Shown one piece after another: positions 9,628-18,064 of a DNA stretch of 56,090 bases. A program made the translations under genes and the position numbers. The stretch's first letter is position 1; every line of letters begins with the position of its first letter. The DNA is from an uncultured Methanosarcinales archaeon (lineage in GTDB: Archaea > Nanobdellota > Nanobdellia > Woesearchaeales > JABMPP01), in assembly GCA_964604995.1 (NCBI GenBank), contig CAZSAD010000002.1, forward strand, positions 40,434 to 96,523, written 5' to 3'. The notes under the pieces are model-generated. The model searched no databases. It was given only the letters and a program-made list of their open reading frames with translations, and was not told the origin of the DNA.

Positions 9628-10812
9628 ATGTTAGTTATTAAAAATGGACAGATTATGCAAAATGGCAAGCTTGTAAAAAAACATATACTAATAGATGGGA
9701 AAAAAATCAAAAAATTATCAAATGTTATCCCAAAATCAAAAAATTATATTGATGCAAAAGACAAAATAATTCTTCCAGGACTAATAGATTGTCATGTACA
9801 TATGCGTGAGCCTGGTTATGAAAATAAAGAAGATTTTTTCTCTGGTTCAAAAGCTGCAGCAGCAGGAGGAATTACAACATTCATTGATATGCCAAATTCA
9901 AATCCACCAACAACTTCTATTGAGATACTTAATAAAAAAAGAGAACTTGCAAAAAAAAGTCTTGTGAATTTTGGATTTCATTTTGGCACACTTGGAGATA
10001 ATATTGAACAGATAAAAGAAGCTGAAAAAAATAATATTGCATCAGTTAAAGTTTTTATGGATGAAACAACAGGAAGAATGATTGTTAGCGATGAAAAATT
10101 ATTGAAACAAATATTTTCAAATTCTACCTTTGTTTCTGTTCATGCTGAAGGGCAAAATATGGAAAAAGCAATAGATTTTGCAAAATCATCAAAGTCAAAA
10201 CTTTATGTTTGTCATGTTTCATTAAAATCTGAAATAGATTATCTTTTGAAACATAAACCAAAAGACGTTTTTGCTGAAGTAACACCTCATCATTTATTTT
10301 TAACTGAGAAAGATAAAAATCAATATAATATTATGAAACCAATGTTAAAAACAGAAGAAGATAGAAAATCACTTTGGCAAGGCATTGAAAAAGGAGTGAT
10401 TAATACAATTGCAACTGATCATGCACCACACACAGTTACTGAAAAAGAATTTGAAACAGTGTACGGTGTACCAGGACTCGAAACAATGCTTCCTTTACTT
10501 TTAGATGCAGTAAACAAGAAAAAAATTACATTGGAGAAAGTTATTAAACTAACATCTGAAAATCCTGCAAAGATATTCAAAATTAAAGATAAAGGCAAAA
10601 TCGAAGCTGGTTATGATGCTGATTTGGTAATTGTCGATATGGATTTTGAAAAAGAAGTTGAAAATAATAAATTGTTTACAAAATGTGGTTGGAGTCCATT
10701 TGTAGGATGGAAACTAAAAGGGTGGCCAATAATTACTTTAGTTGGTGGGCAAATTGTTTTTGAAAATAATCAAATAAATCATATAATGGGTGAAGAAGTT
10801 AAATTTGGTTGA
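9628..10812 (+). CDS. pyrC: dihydroorotase
   Basis: LPGLIDCHVHMREPG metal-binding motif, later TDHAPH. The start is uncertain: the ORF opens at TTG 9571, and the ATG at 9628 gives the canonical MLVIKNG N-terminus. Confidence 0.88.
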   Translation: MLVIKNGQIMQNGKLVKKHILIDGKKIKKLSNVIPKSKNYIDAKDKIILPGLIDCHVHMREPGYENKEDFFSGSKAAAAGGITTFIDMPNSNPPTTSIEILNKKRELAKKSLVNFGFHFGTLGDNIEQIKEAEKNNIASVKVFMDETTGRMIVSDEKLLKQIFSNSTFVSVHAEGQNMEKAIDFAKSSKSKLYVCHVSLKSEIDYLLKHKPKDVFAEVTPHHLFLTEKDKNQYNIMKPMLKTEEDRKSLWQGIEKGVINTIATDHAPHTVTEKEFETVYGVPGLETMLPLLLDAVNKKKITLEKVIKLTSENPAKIFKIKDKGKIEAGYDADLVIVDMDFEKEVENNKLFTKCGWSPFVGWKLKGWPIITLVGGQIVFENNQINHIMGEEVKFG

Positions 10813-10890
10813 TTATATTTATTTAATCATATAATTATAACAAATATTATTATAAAATATTATTATAACATATATTAGGGGGGTTGAAAG

Positions 10891-11610
10891 ATGACATTAA
10901 CTAATTTAAACAAAGACACTAGTAACAAGGAAATTAACCATCAAAAAGAACACAGGTTAAAACTTATAGCTGAAGAAGTTGCATCAATTCTTCTTGAAAT
11001 AAAAGCAATTGCACTAAAACCTAAAGAACCTTTTACATTTGCTTCTGGAATAAAAAGTCCAATTTATTGCGACAATAGATTATTGTTGTCATATCCTGAA
11101 AAAAGAGAGCAGATAATTAATTTCTTTGCTGAAATTGTAGAATTAAATGAAATAGAATGTGATGTTGTAGCAGGAATTGCAACAGCAGGAATTGCACATG
11201 CAGCATGGCTTGCAGATGATTTTAATTTACCTATGATTTATGTAAGAGGAGAAGCTAAAGAACACGGTAAGAAAAACCAAATTGAAGGTAAACTTGAAGA
11301 AGGACAAAGAGTTTTGATGGTTGAAGATTTAATTAGTACTGGTGGAAGTTCACTTAAAGCAGTGGAAGCTGTAAAAGAATCTGGTGGAGTAGTTGAAAAT
11401 TGTATTGCAATATTTACCTACGAAATGGAAAAAGCAAAAATTGGATTTGACAATGCAAAATGCAATGTTTATACCCTTTCAAATTTTTCAACTTTAGTTG
11501 AAGTAGCATCAAAACTTGGGTATATTCAAGAAGATGAAAAATCAATTGTTCTTGAGTGGAACAAAAATCCTGATAAATGGAAAGAAAGATTTGAAGAAAG
11601 ATTCGCTTAA
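10891..11610 (+). CDS. pyrE: orotate phosphoribosyltransferase
   Basis: PRPP-binding motif VLMVEDLISTGGS; SPIYCDNR motif. AGGGGGG lies upstream of the ATG. Confidence 0.9.
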   Translation: MTLTNLNKDTSNKEINHQKEHRLKLIAEEVASILLEIKAIALKPKEPFTFASGIKSPIYCDNRLLLSYPEKREQIINFFAEIVELNEIECDVVAGIATAGIAHAAWLADDFNLPMIYVRGEAKEHGKKNQIEGKLEEGQRVLMVEDLISTGGSSLKAVEAVKESGGVVENCIAIFTYEMEKAKIGFDNAKCNVYTLSNFSTLVEVASKLGYIQEDEKSIVLEWNKNPDKWKERFEERFA

Positions 11611-11640
11611 TTATTTAACTTTATTATTTAAGGTGATACA

Positions 11641-12354
11641 ATGAAAATAGTTAAATTAGAAAAAAGCATTATTCCATCACTTGATATTTCTTCAATTGAT
11701 AAACTAAAACAAATTGTAGGAGAAACTTGTTCTATTGAAGGAATTGGTGCTTATAAAATTGGTTTTGAATTAGTGATTCCTTTTGGAATGAAAAGAATAG
11801 TTGAAGAAATTAAAGATTTAACAAACATTCCAATAATTTATGACCATCAAAAAGCAGGAACTGATATACCAGATACTGGTTTAAAATTTGCAAAAGTTTG
11901 TAAAGATAGTGGAGCAGATGCAATAATTATATTCCCACAAGCAGGTCCTGCAACACAACTAGCTTGGATAAAAGCTGCAAATGAAGAAAATATACCAATA
12001 ATTGTTGGTGGTGAGATGACTCATCCACAATATCTGCAAAACGATAATGGTTATTTAATGGATAATGCACCTAAAAGAATGTATGAACTTGCTGCAAAAA
12101 ATGGAGTTATGGATTTTGTTGTTCCTGGAAATAAGCCAGAAAGAATCACATACTATCGCGAATTTTTAGAGTCATTAGTTGTAAAACCAACACTCTATTC
12201 ACCAGGGCTTATTAGCCAAGGTGGTAAAATTAGCGATTCAGCTAAAGCTGCTGGATATAGGTGGCACGCAATAATTGGCAGAGCAATATATGGAGCTAAA
12301 GATATAAAAGAAGAAACAAAAGCAATATGCAATGCATTAAAGGGAATAAAATGA
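11641..12354 (+). CDS. pyrF: orotidine 5'-phosphate decarboxylase (divergent)
   Basis: YDHQKAGTDIPDT resembles the D-x-K-xx-D-I-x-x-T OMPdecase signature, with altered spacing. It sits after pyrE in the operon. The size fits a TIM barrel. Confidence 0.7.
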   Translation: MKIVKLEKSIIPSLDISSIDKLKQIVGETCSIEGIGAYKIGFELVIPFGMKRIVEEIKDLTNIPIIYDHQKAGTDIPDTGLKFAKVCKDSGADAIIIFPQAGPATQLAWIKAANEENIPIIVGGEMTHPQYLQNDNGYLMDNAPKRMYELAAKNGVMDFVVPGNKPERITYYREFLESLVVKPTLYSPGLISQGGKISDSAKAAGYRWHAIIGRAIYGAKDIKEETKAICNALKGIK

Positions 12355-12443
12355 AAAAATACAAATCAAGTAAAAATCGAGAAACCCTAAATATGAAAAC
12401 TCTCAAAAGTAAAAAATATAATTATAAAATTAAAATATTAAAC

Positions 12444-13073
12444 ATGTTAATTGCACCTTCAATTCTATCAGCAAACTATTCAAAACTTGGTCAGCAAATA
12501 AAATCAGTTGAAAATGCAAATTATTTACACATTGATGTAATGGACGGACATTATGTTGACAATATTACTATCGGACCAGTTGTAATAAAAGATATTAATA
12601 CTAGTCTAAAAAAAGATGTGCATCTTATGATAGAAAATCCTGAAAAATACATTAATGCATTTGCTAAAGCAGGAGCAGATATAATCACATTTCATGTGGA
12701 AACTGTAAAAGATTCAAAATCTGTAATTAACATAATCAATAAAATTAGGAAGTTAGGAATAAATGTGGGAATTGCAATAAATGTAGATACTTCACCTTCT
12801 AAGATTTTTCCTTATCTAACATATGTTGACCAAGTAATTGTAATGGCTGTTAGGGCAGGATTTGGTGGACAAAATATCATTCCAAAATGTTTAGTAAAAG
12901 TTAAACAAATAAGGGAAAAGTTTTCTGGTGATATTGAAGTAGATGGTGGGATAAATAATAAAACAATTAAAACTGCACAGAAAATGGGTACCAATATATT
13001 TGTTTCAGGTTCATTTATTTTCAATTCAAAAAATCCAACAAAACAAGTTGAAATTTTAAAAAAATTCCTTTGA
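12444..13073 (+). CDS. rpe: ribulose-phosphate 3-epimerase
   Basis: MLIAPSILSANYSKLG...HIDVMDGHYVDNITIGP...VMAVRAGFGGQ...DGGIN. An alternative upstream ATG at 12351 overlaps the pyrF stop (ATGA) and would add a basic 31-aa extension. Confidence 0.88.
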   Translation: MLIAPSILSANYSKLGQQIKSVENANYLHIDVMDGHYVDNITIGPVVIKDINTSLKKDVHLMIENPEKYINAFAKAGADIITFHVETVKDSKSVINIINKIRKLGINVGIAINVDTSPSKIFPYLTYVDQVIVMAVRAGFGGQNIIPKCLVKVKQIREKFSGDIEVDGGINNKTIKTAQKMGTNIFVSGSFIFNSKNPTKQVEILKKFL

Positions 13074-13181
13074 TTTAATTAAATAACAAAATTTTATTTC
13101 AGTTTAATTACCTTTCCCACAATTTTTAATTATTCCTCCAAATAAAAAATAAATATCACTAATTTAAATTGGTGAATAAAC

Positions 13182-13766
13182 ATGATAATAACTCTAACTG
13201 GAAAAGCGGGCAGTGGAAAGAGCACTGCTGCTAAATTAATGGCAAAATATTTGACACATAGTTACATATTAAATGTTGACAAATTAGGAAAATCTCTTCT
13301 CAATGAAAAAGATGTAATTTTTAGACTTAAAAGAACATTCGGAGATGCAATTGCATATCATAATAAAATAGATACACATTTGCTTTCTGCTATTGTTTTT
13401 AAAAATAATCGTAATCTTAGAAGATTAAATAATATTATGCATCTAAAATTAAAAAATAAATTAAGATACCAACTAAAAGAAATAAAAATTAGCAAATTAA
13501 AAATTAAGCATATAATTGTTGATGCAGCGCTTTGTGATGAATTAAAACTTAGAAGAATTTCTGATATTTTGGTACTTATAAAAGTAAATGATAATATAGC
13601 TTCAAAACGCATATCAACACAATTATTTTTGAGACGCAAATTTCAAAAAGATACAAAAGATTTTGATTTTATTATCAATAATAATTTCAATAAAGTTAAC
13701 TTAAAAAAGCAGATTAATAAATTATGCACTAATTTAAATAAACATTATGCACATAAATATCAATAA
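13182..13766 (+). CDS. coaE: dephospho-CoA kinase, bacterial type
   Basis: P-loop MIITLTGKAGSGKST, then FGDAI...IDTHLLSAIVFKNNRNLRRLNNIMH, which follows the CoaE pattern. It is adjacent to coaD. Confidence 0.65.
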   Translation: MIITLTGKAGSGKSTAAKLMAKYLTHSYILNVDKLGKSLLNEKDVIFRLKRTFGDAIAYHNKIDTHLLSAIVFKNNRNLRRLNNIMHLKLKNKLRYQLKEIKISKLKIKHIIVDAALCDELKLRRISDILVLIKVNDNIASKRISTQLFLRRKFQKDTKDFDFIINNNFNKVNLKKQINKLCTNLNKHYAHKYQ

Positions 13767-13778
13767 TACATTTTAATA

Positions 13779-14327
13779 TTGGATAATACCTTAGGTGATA
13801 ATTTGTTAAATCAAAATAAGAAAGTAAAATCAATTGAAAAAACAAAATTACAATGTGTTATTTATCCAGGTACATTTGATCCTATTACTTTTGGACATTT
13901 AGATATTATCAAAAGAGCATTAAAAATCACAGATAAAATAATTATTGCATTAGGAGACAATCCTTCTAAAAAACCTCTTTTTAGTTTAGATGAAAGATAT
14001 GCAATGATAACTGAAGTTACAAAAGGGTTTAATGTGGAAATTGATCATTTTCAAGGATTATTAGTAGATTTTGCAAAACATAAAGGATGTAATACAATAA
14101 TTCGATCAATGAGGGCAGTTAGTGATTTTGACTATGAGTTTCAGATGGCAACCATGAATAGGGAACTAGATAATGAAATCGATACAATTTTTTTAATGAC
14201 TGATCAAAAATATCTTTATCTTCATAGTGGACTTGCTAAAGAAGTTGCACAAAGAAATGGTAAGTTATCTTCACTTGTTCCAAATATAGTTGAAAAAAAA
14301 CTAATGGAAAAATATTCTAAAAAATAA
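13779..14327 (+). CDS. coaD: phosphopantetheine adenylyltransferase, bacterial type
   Basis: VIYPGTFDPITFGHLDIIKRA nucleotidyltransferase signature. The start is uncertain: TTG 13779, or TTG 13803 preceded by AGGTGA. Confidence 0.85.
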   Translation: MDNTLGDNLLNQNKKVKSIEKTKLQCVIYPGTFDPITFGHLDIIKRALKITDKIIIALGDNPSKKPLFSLDERYAMITEVTKGFNVEIDHFQGLLVDFAKHKGCNTIIRSMRAVSDFDYEFQMATMNRELDNEIDTIFLMTDQKYLYLHSGLAKEVAQRNGKLSSLVPNIVEKKLMEKYSKK

Positions 14328-14562
14328 TAAAAATTAATTATTTATTATTACTTCTTATTTTTTACTTTCTATTTTATTTCCTACACTAATTGATTCCTAT
14401 GCTATTTGGCTTTATTATTTTTTAATTTTGTAAAAATAATTACCTATTATTTTCTTTTAATTGTTATTTTTTAACGACTTTTCGAATATATTCTAAAATA
14501 TACGCATTTTTTCTTAATTATTTTACTCAATTACTATTAATTAATAACTTTAAATATTAAAT

Positions 14563-16383
14563 ATGTATAAAGAAAATAAAGAATATTTTGAAAATAAAGG
14601 GCACATTAAAGTATTGCTTTTATTCATTCTTTTGCTTTATACAATTGATCTTGTTTTTGGTTCAAATGATTCAATAAGTAGGGATTTATCTTTGGAAATA
14701 ATGGTTCCATCAAATTTTACTCTTGATTGGAATTTTGAAAGCAATAGATATGTTAATAAATATTTTGATAAATTGTTTAAAATAACAAATTTAGATTATA
14801 AATCTGGCATTACAGATAATATTGATATTTTTGTTATCTATAATTTTACTTTTTTAGAAGGGGTTTACTTAAATTTTAATTCAAAAGAAGATTCTAATAA
14901 AAATTCAAGTTATTGTTTTAACTTTAGCTATTTTAATGAAAATTATCATTATTATCATTCTAATTTCACTATCAAAGGTTTGAATAGTTATAAACTAGCA
15001 TCAACCGGTAGTTTTAACTTTACAAAACCTGGATTTTATTTACTTTGTGGAGAAATAATCAATGCTTCTTATAGTGATCCCAATCTTTCTAACAATGTCG
15101 GTTGTTTACAAATCAATGTGTTTTCAAACAATAGCACAACTTCCAATTTTTCAACATTTGCTTTTTTTTGTAGTATGGATTTAAATGAGTCTGGTTTTTT
15201 GTCTAATTTGACAAGCAATTTAACTATTAACTTGACTGCCAATGTATCAATTAACGTATCAATTAATTCAACAAGTAATTTATCTAATATTTTTAATAAT
15301 TCAAATATCACATTATCAAATGATTCTTTAACAAATATTTCTTCTTTAACAAATGTGACTTCTAATTTTAATTGTTATTCTAATCTATCAATTGAAACAG
15401 AAAAAAACTTATTCGAAGATGAAACTATTGTTTTTTATATTAGATTAAATCCAAAACCTGTAAATTTTTCTGTCGAATACTGGATTGAAAATCTTTTTGA
15501 TGAAGAAATTAAATCCAAAGTCAAAACAACAAATCTTGCATCCAAACAATTTACTCCTAAAATTAATGAACGTGATATGGTATTTTTAATAAAATGTAAT
15601 GTATATTCTTCTTGTCTTAGTAATGGTTCATTATATACTGAGAAAATGGTTTATTTTAAAACTACAAAACCGCAAGAATTACCAGCTTGTCCAAAAACTA
15701 GTTGTAATGAACTTCAATATCAACAAGAAATAAGATTTACCTATTTAGATAATGGTACATGTGTATTAATACCACAACAAGACGGAACAATTTCACAAAA
15801 TTCTAAAAATATTAATAAAACTGAAATTTTAAGTTTTTATACACGTTCAAAAACAAATTCAGGTGAAATTAAATTTTATACAAGGTTAAGTTCTAAACAA
15901 GGAATCAATCTTTATTTTTTAAATGGTAATTTAGTAAATAAAGTAGTTAACATAAGTTCAGGAACATACAATTTTACAGTTAATACTAGTTCAGAATTAA
16001 CTAATTACTTGCTTTTATTGGGAGATGAAAATCAAATTATAGATGCTAAAATTGTTACTTTAAATAATAGTGTAGCTCTCAAGTCTAAAACTAATCAATC
16101 TAGTTCAATTAAAAATAGTTCAATTAAAAATAGCAGCAAATTAGATACACTAAATACTTCTTTACTTTCTCAATCGGATTTATTAAATTTATATGTTGAG
16201 GGTAATAACAATTCAACTCTTATTGAAACAAATAAAAGTAAAATCTTGGAAACTAATACTAATTTAATAACTGGTGAAGCAATTTATCAAAGTCAATCTG
16301 CTAAGTCTTTTTCTATAGTGCCCTATTTTATTTTAGGATTGGGGGTATTTATTATATCCTTTTTAATATGGAAAAAACTCTAA
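14563..16383 (+). CDS. secreted, C-terminally membrane-anchored surface protein densely packed with N-glycosylation sequons
   Basis: N-terminal hydrophobic segment VLLLFILLLYTIDLVFG and C-terminal TM FSIVPYFILGLGVFIISFLIW followed by KKL. There are long runs of N-x-S/T, for example NLTSNLTINLTANVSINVSINSTSNLSN. Confidence 0.7.
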   Translation: MYKENKEYFENKGHIKVLLLFILLLYTIDLVFGSNDSISRDLSLEIMVPSNFTLDWNFESNRYVNKYFDKLFKITNLDYKSGITDNIDIFVIYNFTFLEGVYLNFNSKEDSNKNSSYCFNFSYFNENYHYYHSNFTIKGLNSYKLASTGSFNFTKPGFYLLCGEIINASYSDPNLSNNVGCLQINVFSNNSTTSNFSTFAFFCSMDLNESGFLSNLTSNLTINLTANVSINVSINSTSNLSNIFNNSNITLSNDSLTNISSLTNVTSNFNCYSNLSIETEKNLFEDETIVFYIRLNPKPVNFSVEYWIENLFDEEIKSKVKTTNLASKQFTPKINERDMVFLIKCNVYSSCLSNGSLYTEKMVYFKTTKPQELPACPKTSCNELQYQQEIRFTYLDNGTCVLIPQQDGTISQNSKNINKTEILSFYTRSKTNSGEIKFYTRLSSKQGINLYFLNGNLVNKVVNISSGTYNFTVNTSSELTNYLLLLGDENQIIDAKIVTLNNSVALKSKTNQSSSIKNSSIKNSSKLDTLNTSLLSQSDLLNLYVEGNNNSTLIETNKSKILETNTNLITGEAIYQSQSAKSFSIVPYFILGLGVFIISFLIWKKL

Positions 16384-16435
16384 TGGAAAATATTTTATCG
16401 AAACATTTTTTAACCCCCGTTATTTCCTTTTAATT

Positions 16436-17056
16436 ATGGGATTATTTGGTAAAACACAAGTGGAATTTGCACAGATGAACGAAAGTGAGAGATTGGAAGC
16501 TAATCAATTTCAACTAAGAATGATAATTGAAATGCTCGGTAAACCAAAAGAACATATGGAAAGCACCTTTGGGGAGCTTTTAAAAAAACTTTCTGAAGAA
16601 TCTGACATTAAAATAACTAAAAAAACATTATCCAAAACAAAAAAACAAGGGGAGTTATTTTCTCGTTTTGTAGAAATTGAACTTTGGGCAAAAAATCTAT
16701 CTGCAGTTATGACTCTTTGCTTTGATTATATGCCCTCTAGTCTTGAAATTGTGCAGCCAGAAAAAACATTGTTTAGATCACACGAATTAAATGGATTTTT
16801 CAATGATTTGCAGGCAAAATTACATCATGTAGATATGCTTGCAAAAAATGTAACAACTGAAAAAGCCATAATCTCTTCAAATTTTCTAAAATTAGTTGAA
16901 AATGCAGTTGTATTATCATTAGCACTTGGTCCAAAAGATGTAAAGGAAATTTCAAAAATGATAGGTATGCAAGAAGAAACACTTGATTCACATCTTAAAA
17001 GTTTAATCGAAAAAAAGAGGATTAACCTGGAAGGAGAAAGATATGTCCTTGCCTGA
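16436..17056 (+). CDS. hypothetical protein with C-terminal winged-helix-like region; overlaps the scpB start
   Basis: 206-aa ORF. C-terminus DVKEISKMIGMQEETLDSHLKSLIEKKRINLEGERYVL is wHTH-like. A 14-nt overlap with scpB implies co-translation. Confidence 0.6.
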   Translation: MGLFGKTQVEFAQMNESERLEANQFQLRMIIEMLGKPKEHMESTFGELLKKLSEESDIKITKKTLSKTKKQGELFSRFVEIELWAKNLSAVMTLCFDYMPSSLEIVQPEKTLFRSHELNGFFNDLQAKLHHVDMLAKNVTTEKAIISSNFLKLVENAVVLSLALGPKDVKEISKMIGMQEETLDSHLKSLIEKKRINLEGERYVLA

Positions 17057-17969
17057 TGATGAACTGAAAAATAAAGTTGAAGCATTGCTATTTTCTGTTG
17101 GGAAAACAATAGATATTAATGAATTAGCTAAACTTGTTAGATGTAAAGATTTATTGCAACTAGAACTGGTTCTAAAAGAATTAAAAGAAAATTATAATTC
17201 AAGGGATTCACCTTTATTAGTTATTAATGATGGTACTTTTTGGAAAATAGTCGTCAGAGAAAAATATGGACATGTTGTGAAAAAAGTAGTTGCAGATGTT
17301 GAACTTTCTAAAACTTTAATGGAAACATTAGCATTAGTTGCCTGGAAAAATCCAGTTAAACAATCTGAAATAATAGAAATTAGAAGTAACAAAGGATACG
17401 ATCATCTTAATGAACTTGAAAGAATTGGTTTTATTACAAAGAAAAAATATGGCAGAACTCAACTTGTTTCTTTAACTGAAAAATTCTTCAACTATTTTGA
17501 ACTTTCAGGACATGAAGATATCAAAGAAGCATTCAAAAAAATCAAAGAAATTGAAGAAAGAAAAATGCAAGAATATGCCCAAAAGAAAGCTGAAATGGAC
17601 TTACGAAGAAAAAAATCAGATGAAGTTAAAATAATAAATCAAAAATCTTTCCTAGAAAGAGTTGATAGGCAGCTTGAAAAAGATCTAAGAAAAGAACAAA
17701 TAAACCAACAAGAACCACTCGAAAACGAAGTTAAAAAACTAGAAGAAGAGCAAGCAGAAAAAGGAATTGTAGAACAAAAAGTAATAGAATCCAAAAAAGA
17801 AGAAGAAAGTGGCATAGAATCAGAAGCAACTGACGAAAAAGAAGAAACTGAATATTTTGAAGATAAATTAGATAAAGAAGGAATGCCTGATTTAAATGCA
17901 GATAAAGATAACGAAGAAGAAGAAATATTAGATGAAGAACAAGAAGAGAAGAAAAAGAAAAAAGAATAA
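17043..17969 (+). CDS. scpB: segregation and condensation protein B with a long E/K-rich C-terminal tail
   Basis: VEALLFSVGKTIDINELAKL and the second wHTH region TLALVAWKNPVKQSEIIEIRS are typical of ScpB. The last ~130 aa are charged low-complexity sequence. Confidence 0.8.
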   Translation: MSLPDDELKNKVEALLFSVGKTIDINELAKLVRCKDLLQLELVLKELKENYNSRDSPLLVINDGTFWKIVVREKYGHVVKKVVADVELSKTLMETLALVAWKNPVKQSEIIEIRSNKGYDHLNELERIGFITKKKYGRTQLVSLTEKFFNYFELSGHEDIKEAFKKIKEIEERKMQEYAQKKAEMDLRRKKSDEVKIINQKSFLERVDRQLEKDLRKEQINQQEPLENEVKKLEEEQAEKGIVEQKVIESKKEEESGIESEATDEKEETEYFEDKLDKEGMPDLNADKDNEEEEILDEEQEEKKKKKE

Positions 17970-18064
17970 TTCTACAATAATCTTTCATAATTTTTCCATA
18001 AAAAAATAATAAATCTTTAAAAAATCTATTTATCTATTTAGTATATTTACCACAACCCTTTTAA

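Noticed and set aside
16095-16140. Short tandem DNA repeat (TAGTTCAATTAAAAA x2), and other N/S-rich repeats in the surface protein, considered as a CRISPR-like or VNTR feature
   Set aside because: It has only two units, lies in-frame within a coding region (SSIKNSSIKN), and has no spacer architecture. No CRISPR array exists in the window.
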